From positions 238,175,665 to 238,195,393 of the forward strand of contig JANKJI020000002.1 of NCBI GenBank assembly GCA_024626585.2: 19,729 nt of DNA, written 5' to 3'. The notes beneath the pieces were generated by a model, which had not been told where the DNA came from, did not search any database, and saw nothing but the letters and a program-made list of their open reading frames with translations. The translations under genes were made by a program, and so were the position numbers. The stretch comes from Ginkgo biloba. Lineage: Eukaryota; Plantae; Ginkgophyta. Of this stretch, positions 8,400 through 19,729 are shown in pieces. Within the stretch, counting starts at the first letter, position 1. Each line of letters begins with the position of its first letter.

Positions 8400-9195
8400 A
8401 GAGCAGGAGCTAGGGTTTGCATCCTAGACTTGGCCATCAGGGGACAATCTTTGATCATGTGCTCTGAGCTTTAGCAATGGAAATAGGTATTAGGAATATT
8501 CAAATACCCAATAGACTGAGAGAGTTATCTTCCATTTCCAAATAATATAATGACTTTTAAAGGTAGGATTTTATATAGGTCTATCTACACACAAACTCTT
8601 TAATGGGGATGGGGATTGTATGTCCTATGAGGTTCATGGCATATAAACTTGCCAATGGGGGATACAATATCCCTAATCATTTACCCTAGAAGTAGAGGGA
8701 GTCTAGGAAATTCTACCCAGATTGGTCTTACATATGAAATGGTATTTTCTATAAAAAAATCAACTTCCTAATGGTTCAACACAACCAAGTTATTTCTACA
8801 TGTCCAGGGACCTTAGAAAATAACTTGGCTAGCATACTTAGCACTATCAAAAGTGAATGATAAAAAACCCTTGGTGAGCTAACATACATAAATCACTTTC
8901 CACCCATGTGCCTCCCAGGATTCTTTGATCCATTAACACAGAATGAGTTCAAGTGGAGACCTCCCTATGAAATATCCAATAAGGATGGCAGAAGAAAAAT
9001 CATAAGTGACAACATCTACTTTATGAGGGTGTAAATCAATTATAGGCAAGGGAAGAGTACTCAACTCACCTCATGATAGACCTTTCGAACAAACTTGAAT
9101 GATCTCTTAAGCACCATCCTTCTCTGGTTGTGACCTAATATGCATATTAAAGGGTGTAAAAATTTGTTCACCAACATGTGTAGAGACAAATGGAT
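8400..9195 (-). mobile_element. LINE ORF1 remnant (DUF4283-like region plus zinc knuckle); may extend to ~8138
   Basis: The - strand reads ILIGYFIGRSP...WIKESW...LTKGFLSFTF...GPW...PIWVEFPRLPL...IVSPIGKF...RVCV*IDLYKILP / SQSIGYLNIPNTYFHC*SSEHMIKDCP. It has several stops and a frameshift. Confidence 0.85.
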
Positions 9196-12100
9196 NNNNN
9201 NNNNNNNNNNNNNNNNNNNNNNNNNNNNNNNNNNNNNNNNNNNNNNNNTAACTATGGCGATGTATGAAATAAATTCCCCTTATTTGAATAATTTTCCCTC
9301 TCTTCAACGCAGATCATTTTTCTCATTCGATCTTCCATGATCTCTTGATTCATTATTATATTATAAATAAGTCATATATTTTCGTATTAACATCACTAAA
9401 GCACATATGATTGTAAGAATTTTTTAATTCATTTTCTTGAAATAAGAAAAACATAAATGTTAGTATATAAAATTATATATTTATTGATGTATCATTTATA
9501 AGCAAATGTTTCAATATAAATATTATATCATTTAAATCAATAAAGTATTCTCACATAATGAAGAAGTAACTCTAGATGAGTCTGTCTCTATTAAAGTTGG
9601 TTTGGATTAAATACATAATGATTGGGTGGTTATCTAGTAACCATCCTTTGGTTATCATATATACCTTCCCCTAGCAAAAGAAATAGGCATGGTATAAACA
9701 TGTTTTATTATAGGTGATCGAGTATAATCAATTGTATTATTCATCAACCATTGAAGTTGATAAATTGATGTTGTAATGTGGTAAAGTACTATGTAAGGTA
9801 TGAATCATTAATGAAGTAGATTCTCAGATAGATCAAGTTTATCTTAGGGATAAAACACCACTATAAAATCTTTAGGAGGATGTTCATAAAACGTGATGAT
9901 GTGCATACGTATAAATATGATGTGCATCATGATAATACTTTTATAATTCTAGGCCAAAGAGAGATTACAAATCAAGATAGAAGGGAAAATGGATAANNNN
10001 NNNNNNNNNNNNNNNNNNNNNNNNNNNNNNNNNNNNNNNNNNNNNNNNNNNNNNNNNNNNNNNNNNNNNNNNNNNNNNNNNNNNNNNNNNNNNNNNNNNN
10101 NNNNNNNNNNNNNNNNNNNNNNNNNNNNNNNNNNNNNNNNNNNNNNNNNNNNNNNNNNNNNNNNNNNNNNNNNNNNNNNNNNNNNNNNNNNNNNNNNNNN
10201 NNNNNNNNNNNNNNNNNNNNNNNNNNNNNNNNNNNNNNNNNNNNNNNNNNNNNNNNNNNNNNNNNNNNNNNNNNNNNNNNNNNNNNNNNNNNNNNNNNNN
10301 NNNNNNNNNNNNNNNNNNNNNNNNNNNNNNNNNNNNNNNNNNNNNNNNNCAACCATAAGATTGGCATGGGAAGAATAGAGGGAAAATCCCTCCTATTATA
10401 CATCTAGATTAGCAAAGTTATAATGTTAAAGCTAACTGGACACGGCATATTACATCTCAAATATATTATGAAAATATCTATAATAGACTAGTATAGAAAT
10501 CAAATGGTTGGTATACAAGTGAAGTAAAATAAAAATTCTTTAAGTGCCTTGGTTTATGTCTTTAGTTTAATCACTTAGAAGTGGCTCCTTATTAATAACT
10601 TCACTACATACCAAGTTTGTGGAGTGATGATAATATCTTTTGATGTCTACCTTTAGGAGAATAAATGGAGGAGATAGTTTCTAGCAAAACTCCTCCCTAG
10701 TACATTTACATCATCTCTAATTTCTCCATATCAATGGACATATAGGTGTTAAATTCCCCGAAAAAATCCATTGATAACTCTTAAGTGTCTAGAGTGAAAT
10801 ATGCCTCCTACAGTTTAAATTTAGAATATTTAGAGGATATGACTATTATATGTTATGGTGGAATACGGTCAGGGACATAAAACTTAAAGGAAATGCCTAC
10901 AACAGTATGTTGAGATGTTATACTAGAGTATAGAAGAAAGAAACTAGCAAAGATAAAATTCCCATCAATAACAAGGTAGCAAAGTATGAGAAGTGTAAGT
11001 TTAATATAACATACAATGCACTCAATGCAAAGGGAAGATATATACATGTTGGTGCATAATGTTATAATTTAGGTAATTATTGTAATGGAGGTAGTAAGGT
11101 TCAAGTGATCCAAAGGATGCATGCATGCGAATGATAAAGAAAAAAGGTTAGCAATTATTTGAGGAGATGGGTAATTATTTAATGGGAAGGTGGTGGCTTG
11201 GTTTTAAAGGAATAGGTGGTTAATGGTGATGAGATCATTATTAAAATATAGATAACTACCTACATAACCCAAGAGGTATAATTTGTTCCTTAATTTGACT
11301 AAATATGGTTGGACAAGAGTGATGACAACTATGATCAAGCAAAAATTTGGTCATGTTATTGGATTTTAAAGTATGAATGAAATTAACTTAAAACCACTAA
11401 GTGAGATATTTAATAAGGGTTGTAATAAAATGATTTTGAAATGTGTATGTAGAGGAATGTCGTTTAACATCATATATNNNNNNNNNNNNNNNNNNNCTTG
11501 AATGGATTCAAGGTGTCTAGTTGGATAGAATTTAGGTGACTTGAAAGATTGATAAGAAGGATAGATCTTAAGAAAATCAAATAGGCCATGATGAAGTTTA
11601 GGCCAAAAAAAAAGTATTATTAAATTTTAGAGAAGACTTTGTTGAATAATAAGTGTCCAACTAGTGGATGTGAATGAAAATTGACCGTGCATTGTGTGTA
11701 GAAAGTAAAGGGAATATACAAGCAAGGTAATTGAGTCGATTAAATATATTATTAAAGGTTGTCCATCAACTAATAATATTGTTAAAGAGAATGAGTAAAA
11801 GGAGAAGAAGGAATAATACTCACTTATTGGATGATATTTGGGTGGCCAAATTTAGTGATTGGGCTTGGTAGAATTTATTAAGGGAGGAGATCATAGATTT
11901 TGATATCATGGTAGATTAGATGGTAACCATACTTTAAGATAAAACATCAACTTCTAAGTGGGATTTTTTTGTGTNNNNNNNNNNNNNNNNNNNNNNNNNN
12001 NNNNNNNNNNNNNNNNNNNNNNNNNNNNNNNNNNNNNNNNNNNNNNNNNNNNNNNNNNNNNNNNNNNNNNNNNNGTGGGATTTTTTTGTGTAACACCAAA

Positions 12101-14867
12101 CTATTTTATATTTTATTGAAGTACAAAGACTAAGCATACATGAGATTTAAACTCTTAGTTTGTAAACAACTCTATGAGAGTAACATGATTAGTTTAAAAA
12201 ATTATATGAGTATCATAAAAATAGAGGTGTAATTTATTATATGCCCAAATAACTATGAGGCATTCCTTTTTAATAACAAAGCATTTTTTCGTAGGTAATA
12301 ATAAGGAACAACAAATATAATTAATATGATGCACCCAAAAGTGAACAAAATTTTTAAATATAATAACATCTAGCCTAGTGTTAGAAGTGTCTATACAAAG
12401 AAGGATTGCAAATTTAAGAAATGTGCCAAAATAGGTATGTAAGTTGTGGGTTGTTTAATTTGGGAAAATACAGCTACACAAGAATGTTATAATTAACCCA
12501 AAGGAAGATTCCTTTATCCCAAGAGGTGGTCCTGTAGATGTTGAATCTCATATAGATAATGGTAACCCATGCTTTGAGGGTGCAACAAATTAACAGGGGA
12601 AGGGATATTATGTNNNNNNNNNNNNNNNNNNNNNNNNNNNNNNNNNNNNNNNNNNNNNNNNNNNNNNNATAGAGAAAAGTGGTTGATAATGTTTGTAAGG
12701 GTAACCATAAACACGTGGTAATTAGAGGTTAACTAGGGTTATAAGGGATATTTTTTAATAAAGGACCATATCACACATATGGCCTATACTAGGATATTGT
12801 GGAATGAGGAGACACACCTTTAATTAGAATAGTCATTTAAATATAATCATAATTTGATAGGGTAGGATTGACAGGNNNNNNNNNNNNNNNNNNNNNNNNN
12901 NNNNNNNNNNNNNNNNNNNNNNNNNNNNNNNNNNNNNNNNNNNNNNNNNNNNNNNNNNNNNNNNTGTATTATTGGTTTGAATGAATGAAATTGTTGTCCA
13001 TATTCCAAAGTAGTTTTAGTTTATGTGATTGACTAATGTGCTATGATACTTTAGTTTATATACAATTGTTCTGATGCATTATAGGAAGAAGTTCAAAGTG
13101 AACTTTGACTTAATAATTAGATCATAGTAAAGATTAGAAGGATCAATCTTGGAGTTAGATAGATAGTTCAACTGACTGTAANNNNNNNNNNNNNNNNNNN
13201 NNNNNNNNNNNNNNNNNNNNNNNNNNNNNNNNNNNNNNNNNNNNNNNNNNNNNNNNNNNNNNNNNNNNNNNNNNNNNNNNNNNNNNNNNNNNNNNNNNNN
13301 NNNNNNNNNNNNNNNNNNNNNNNNNNNNNNNNNNNNNNNNNNNNNNNNNNNNNNNNNNNNNNNNNNNNNNNNNNNNNNNNNNNNNNNNNNNNNNNNNNNN
13401 NNNNNNNNNNNNNNNNNNNNNNNNNNNNNNNNNNNNNNNNNNNNNNNNNNNNNNNNNNNNNNNNNNNNNNNNNNNNNNNNNNNNNNNNNNNNNNNNNNNN
13501 NNNNNNNNNNNNNNNNNNNNNNNNNNNNNNNNNNNNNNNNNNNNNNNNNNNNNNNNNNNNNNNNNNNNNNNNNNNNNNNNNNNNNNNNNNNNNNNNNNNN
13601 NNNNNNNNNNNNNNNNNNNNNNNTGTGACTTTAGATGTCAAATTTCTATGATTTACATTCCATATTTAGAAATATAGCATCACGATATATTATATATAAA
13701 AAATACTATCTAATTTAGATTTAGGAAGCTCTTAGAAAGTGCATTTAAAGTTAATCTAAAAATCAACTCTTTTTTTGTCATTTTAAAAGGGTTTTGCCAA
13801 AAGTAGAAGTTGAGGCAAGAAAATTGTTAAAATATATATATGCGTTGAAATGAGACATCATACCATAGAGATAATGGAAAAAATCAAGAAAATTTGGGTA
13901 TTATATATTCCCAGAAAGCTCAACATAAGTTCAACTAGTATTTTGATGTTACCTTTGAGGAGGCAACATTTATGTTACTAAAATCAAACTTCTATAAACA
14001 TTTTTGTATATTTGGAAACTCATATTTACTACCCAAAATCCATTTAAGGATCTTCTAAATCAACCACCGTATGACATCGTAATCATTATTAGAAGATAGA
14101 GAAATTTTTTTATGCACTTTTAGAGTTTTTGCTAGTGCACCACAAAAATAGAGGTATTTTTGTTTATTTTTCCATTTTCATAGAATTTTTTTATATAGTC
14201 AAAAAATTTAGCCCAAGATATATAGAAACAAAGAAAAATTAGCCTCATTTATATTTTGGAAGCTCTGTGGCACTGTAAATAAGTTGATTTATTATTTTAA
14301 GGCCTAATCAAAGGGCCCAAGTTGAAATAGCTAGAATTTTAAGAGTATCCTTAAAAAAAATTAAGATATTCTAGCAAACTTTGCTAATCAATTTTCATAT
14401 GAAAAATAGAAAATTGGCCACATGATGGTTATCTCATAAGATTCTAAAGATATCCTATGAGCCAATCTTATAAGAGAAAATAAAGTAGATTATGGAAAAT
14501 GGATGAGAAAGTTATTTAATTACTTTGGGGATAAGTTAAAAGATTGCAAGAAACACTTCACAAAAGCAAAGAAGTCCCATAAATATGCAAATGAAATAAT
14601 ACCTTTGTAAATTAAAGGAAGAGTTTCATAAATAAAAAGAATAAAATAAAGCAAAATCAAATAAAGATGATAATGATGATGATATTATACATAAAAAAAC
14701 ATATAGAAGAAGAAGAAGGATAAGGAGATGATAAAAAATAAAAATATTACCCACTTAAATAAGAAGTGGAAATGATAAAGGATGAAATTATTGATACAAA
14801 TTTTGGAATTGGGTGGACAATGGGATGGATTACTATTTAAGTTATTATAAATGAAATTAGTCAATGA

Positions 14868-15135
14868 ATGGAGCAATGATACATACCACTTTATATCAAA
14901 GGAGATGAAAGAAAAATAAGATAAGACCATGATGAATTATAATGTTATAGCTCAAAGCTAACATAAATAATAAAGGATAAGAAAACATATGATCATCATC
15001 ATGGACCAAGGATGCATGCCATTGTATATCAAAGAAGATTAAAGAAAAATGGGATAATATTATGATAAGTTATAATGTTAGATCTCAAAGATGGCACAAA
15101 GAATGAAGGACAAGCAAGCATAATAAGTTCATCAT
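14868..15135. repeat. Degenerate tandem duplication, 2 x 133 bp
   Basis: atggagcaatgatacataccactttatatcaaaggagatgaaagaaaaat (14868) aligns with atggaccaaggatgcatgccattgtatatcaaagaagattaaagaaaaat (15001). Similarity continues through ttataatgtta..ctcaaag at a constant 133-bp offset. Confidence 0.8.
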
Positions 15136-15339
15136 AGTATATCAACCACTATTAAGGAAGCATTAATATCCAAGAAAGTGGAACCACATAGATATCCATA
15201 CTATCCATAATTCAAGTGGTGAGAATATAAATATGTATCTTCTAACTAGTGGTATAAATTCACTAAGAGAACCAAAGCTATAAACAGATCAAAGAATAAT
15301 AATAAGATAAGAATATGCAAGTTATTCAAATCAATGCTT

Positions 15340-15400
15340 TAAGGCCTAAGAATTTTAAGAAGGGGTGGAATGTGATGAACCTAAGGGAAGATATCTACAC
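15340..15400 (+). mobile_element. Polypurine tract and 3' LTR start (TG at 15371) of a Ty3/Gypsy element
   Basis: ...aggcctaagaattttAAGAAGGGGTGGAA|TGTGATGAACC resembles plant Gypsy PPT-LTR junctions. Confidence 0.55.
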
Positions 15401-18400
15401 TTCAAGAGGCAAGCATTGAGATATGAAAGCTTAATGGACAATATAAATCCATGTTTTAAGGGTGAACTATAATAAGAGGGGATAAATTATTATGTTCTTA
15501 AAACCATGTATATAATTATGGATAATTATATCAATATTATAAATATAATACGTTGCACACGTATGTAAGAGTGACACAAATATGTGCTACTNNNNNNNNN
15601 NNNNNNNNNNNNNNNNNNNNNNNNNNNNNNNNNNNNNNNNNNNNNNNNNNNNNNNNNNNNNNNNNNNNNNNNNNNNNNNNNNNNNNNNNNNNNNNNNNNN
15701 NNNNNNNNNNNNNNNNNNNNNNNNNNNNNNNNNNNNNNNNNNNNNNNNNNNNNNNNNNNNNNNNNNNNNNNNNNNNNNNNNNNNNNNNNNNNNNNNNNNN
15801 NNNNNNNNNNNNNNNNNNNNNNNNNNNNNNNNNNNNNNNNNNNNNNNNNNNNNNNNNNNNNNNNNNNNNNNNNNNNNNNNNNNNNNNNNNNNNNNNNNNN
15901 NNNNNNNNNNNNNNNNNNNNNNNNNNNNNNNNNNNNNNNNNNNNNNNNNNNNNNNNNNNNNNNNNNNNNNNNNNNNNNNNNNNNNNNNNNNNNNNNNNNN
16001 NNNNNNNNNNNNNNNNNNNNNNNNNNNNNNNNNNNNNNNNNNNNNNNNNNNNNNNNNNNNNNNNNNNNNNNNNNNNNNNNNNNNNNNNNNNNNNNNNNNN
16101 NNNNNNNNNNNNNNNNNNNNNNNNNNNNNNNNNNNNNNNNNNNNNNNNNNNNNNNNNNNNNNNNNNNNNNNNNNNNNNNNNNNNTGATAAGTGTTATGAG
16201 TAGTGTCCAAACCAAAATTCATAATTATGAGCTTATATAAGCCCTTGGAGTCTACTAGGTTAACTTAGAATCATCCTCTTATGTAGGAGGAATTCACCAA
16301 TATCCAAAATATAAGTCCAATGACGTTAAGAAAGAGACACCTCTAAATTTATCCAAGATATTATTCACATGAGGAAATACAAAGACAACATTAATTATGA
16401 CTTGATTATGATGCTATAAATAAACATATAAATGAGCATTATTATTTTTATTCTTCATGAGATATGGTTTTGGATGTAAGGGACTCTTTGATGATTAAAT
16501 CACTTTTAGTCAGAGAATTTTAGTGACACATTTTCTTATTATCTATGCATCTTGTAAAGACTAATAATGCATTAGTACATTGATGGGAGAAAGATTACAA
16601 GTGCAAAATACAATGCATATATTAGAAAAAATGTATGTTAGTTTGCTAAGCAAGACAAAAATAGTTGGGAGTGCATTATAAAGGAATGAATATCATGTAA
16701 ATGGTTTATGTATGCCAATAATTTTTAAGCTATTTGGACAAATGAAGAGAAACGTTGGAATAGAACTAATAGAGAGAAAAAGGATCATGAGGAAGTTGAA
16801 GTGCCTTGGAATAAAAATCACAAGAAGCATATGTGGCCCATAACCAATTACATCTTATGATGACTAGAAATATTTATTTAGGAAGTACATAAAACTTAGT
16901 TAGAAATTGATTATCTACTAAATTCAATGACAAGGTAATGAATTACAAAGAGATATAATGTGAGTAATTATCATCAAATTTGAATAATTTGTAGAGTATA
17001 ATAAATGGGTAAAGTGAGTTCATCTAAAAAAGAGAAATGAATTAGGGCATAATGGAACTTAAGTCATAAGATTTAGAATTTTTTTACAAAAAGATTATTT
17101 TTCAACCCTTTTTTAAGAAGCACCAAATTCTTTTAAAAAATCATCAAAATTTTGAAAGATCTTGGTCAATACTTTGACCATAAGATGTTTAGATTAATCC
17201 TGCATTAAAACATAGCATAATATAAAATATGATTTTTCTTACAAAGGTATTATTAAGTTTTGTGCTAGTTTTAATGTTTAATATTTCTTTTTCTATCTTA
17301 ATTGATTTGAAATATGCATGTTATATAAGAAAAATACTTTATGTATTTAGTGAAATTTATGGTGAATGTTTTGTATTTTTTGGACCTTGTTGATTATTTA
17401 TCAAATTTTCTACTTGTCAAACTTAAATTTAAACTCGAAATAAGTAACTTATAATAGAACTAAGTGTTGACTAAGAGGTTAATATGATGGAAATATATAG
17501 AAGTTAGAATGATAAAAATAAAACATGAAGAAAGAGAAGAGGCTTGCAAAACACTTTTGGGAAGAAAGTGGGAGTGGCTCATCTCCCTAAGCCACTCACT
17601 CAATCATTTATTAACAATATATTTTTACCGAGTCTAAAGGTGTGATTATAATTTGAGCATTTTATCAATCTTTGGGAAGACAATAATAATATTTAGTGAT
17701 GTGGCCAAATTGACGACAATCAAAACAAATACGATAACCATTATAATCCTTATTTAATGATTTGTCTAGTCAAAATTATCTTTCTTGAATATTAAATGAG
17801 ATCAATGTCCATAGTAGTGGGTAGTGATTGAGGTAAAGGTAAAAGGGGATTGATAATAGGGAGAATAGGATATGGAGTGAGACCCATAAGGTATGATATG
17901 GACAAGATTAACTCCACTCACTAAGCAATAGTCAAAACATCAATCAAGGAACACATTGTTCAATTAGAGGACTCAATATTAGCCATGGAAAAGGAGTTTA
18001 ATTTGTCTGATTGTGCTTCAATGAATGCAAATAAAAATATGGATGACCAAAAAATAAATTAATCTATTATTTTATGAATTACATACTTCACATTGATCAA
18101 CTAAGAAAGCATGGTTTTTATTGTATTGATCCTGCTAAAAGGCTTGAATAATGAATTAAAGTGTGGCCTAATTACATTTAGGAATTTTGGGCAAATACCA
18201 TGTATCAATAACATTCAAGGGAATATAATGAGATGGAATTTTAATGCACTTTTTCTCATAGAACCAACATTATCAAAGTAATAAAGATAGGAATAATCAT
18301 TCNNNNNNNNNNNNNNNNNNNNNNNNNNNNNNNNNNNNNNNNNNNNNNNNNNNNNNNNNNNNNNNNNNNNNNNNNNNNNNNNNNNNNNNNNNNNNNNNNN

Positions 18401-18599
18401 NNAAAGGGAACTAACATCAAACAATCATGGTAAGAGGATGAAAGATAAGAAAAAAATGATATGAAAGAGTTTGGATACATGGGAATGACGATAATAGTCA
18501 GGCAATGATGATAATAAGTAATGTTATATTAGAGGAATAATAATCAAGACACAAAGTTTTGAATATGAGAATTAAAATTGATATATGGAATTATTATTA

Positions 18600-19729
18600 A
18601 CAAGCTTATTCACCTATAAGAAAGAATTAATGGCAAATTCAATNNNNNNNNNNNNNNNNNNNNNNNNNNNNNNNNGGGCTGAAGAGGGAGAATTTGGACA
18701 CCAAGAGAACCTTCTAGAAGGAAAAAGGGATTTAAGAAGGAATATAGGAAAGAAGAGATTAGGGGAGAAAGAGAAGAGAGCATCTACCAAGATAAGTAAT
18801 AATAGTTATGAGAAGAGCATAACAAAGGGAGATAGAGGTAAAGAGGCATAAGAAAAAAAGAGTAGAGGAGAAAAGGAGAGAGAAGCAAGAAATAAAGAAA
18901 TAATGCATAGGAGTGCCAATTATGAGTTGTGCTTGTGAACTCTATTTGCAAAATGAGAGAATTGACATTATGTATCTGTAATCTTTTGTGTGTAAATATA
19001 ATCCCCTTTGGGACTAAGTTAATGAAAATAACATTCTTTATTCAAGAATAATTTTGTGCGTGTGACATCTTATTTATCCTCCTCCCCCATAAAATTTGAA
19101 TAAAAGAGTTGTTTAATTATCCTAGGATGCAGCTTCATCTAGTATTGAGCGAGTTGATACAAAGTGGCTACCTCATTTGGTATTAAAGACTAGGTTGGCT
19201 CATTGTGAACATTGCTAAAGAAAGTTATAGAGAGTGGATACTAATGAAAGAGTGAGAAGAACCAAGGTGTGGCAAAGAAAGAAGTCAAAGCTTAGGAGAT
19301 CATAGAGAATTATGGTGAGGATATACAAGAGTTGAGCTTGTTGATTGAATTATTAAATAAAGATGAGAGAAGTTTGAATAAGTCGCTAAGTGCAATAAGG
19401 GGTTGATAAATGATGCTAAGAGTATCTAGATACTGAGGAGTATCAACCGGAAGNNNNNNNNNNNNNNNNNNNNNNNNNNNNNNNNNNNNNNNNNNNNNNN
19501 NNNNNNNNNNNNNNNNGACCATGAGTAAAAAATAGAGGAAGAGGTAGAAGAACCAGTAGAATAGAGGCTAGAAGACTTAGATGCATTATTGATAGAAGTA
19601 CTGAAGAATATAAAAGGTTGACCAAAAATGGAAGTCTCAAGTTTTGGAGGGAGCCTAAAATTGGAAGATTTACTAAATTAGGTAGGAGAGATGGAGAAAT
19701 ATTTTAACTAGGAGGATATAGAAGACCCT
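18600..19729 (+). mobile_element. Ty3/Gypsy (CRM/chromovirus-like) element: 3' part of the 5' LTR (ends CA at 19175), tRNA-Met PBS (19178-19190) and gag remnant running off the window
   Basis: TATAAG near 18615 followed by a GA-rich tract. CCTCA-TT-TGGTATTAAAG is a degenerate TGGTATCAGAG. 19595-19729 translates as EVLKNIKG*PKMEVSSFGGSLKLEDLLN*VGEMEKYFN*EDIEDP, matching the gag pattern KxExPxFxGxLxxEExLDWxxEMEKYF. The left LTR boundary is unknown. Confidence 0.75.

Larger units (their letters stand above)
9350..18600. repeat. AT-rich, CpG-depleted non-coding DNA, probably old nested LTR/retroelement sequence
   Basis: No credible ORFs, near absence of CpG, many assembly gaps, and bracketing by identified retroelement pieces. 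Families are not identifiable by eye. Confidence 0.45.

Noticed and set aside
14685-14930. Hydrophobic 81-aa - strand ORF (likewise 10853-11047 and 18585-18851)
   Set aside because: These are compositional by-products of A/GA-rich repeat DNA.
9949-16240. Long ORFs composed mostly of X (also 4042-4525)
   Set aside because: They are artifacts of translating through N gaps.
1-19729. Prokaryote-type systems (CRISPR array, retron, operon, IS element) suggested by the RT, RNase H and endonuclease pieces
   Set aside because: Spliceosomal introns and plant retroelement signatures explain all enzyme fragments. All are disrupted, and I saw no regularly spaced repeat-spacer array.

Overview
This is eukaryotic, AT-rich, gap-riddled land-plant genomic DNA; the repeat style looks gymnosperm-like, but that is inference. 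One host gene is supported: a multi-exon, + strand EB1/MAPRE microtubule plus-end-binding gene (ATG 3384 to TAA 5765) behind a short GC/CpG-rich promoter island (~2811-2930). The exons for the middle of its CH domain are not visible and probably lie in the 4052-4374 N gap. The protein has an EB1c-like linker, a slightly divergent EBH domain and an unusually long acidic tail. The rest is decayed retroelement DNA, some of it missed by the ORF track. It includes a LINE endonuclease remnant in EB1 intron 1, LINE RNase H and ORF1 remnants on the - strand with a Ty3/Gypsy RT remnant between them, two PPT/LTR junctions, and an LTR-PBS-gag start at the right edge. I found no convincing novel multi-gene system. 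The best leads are the atypical EB1 C-terminus and orphan splice signals at ~7.0-7.4 kb.
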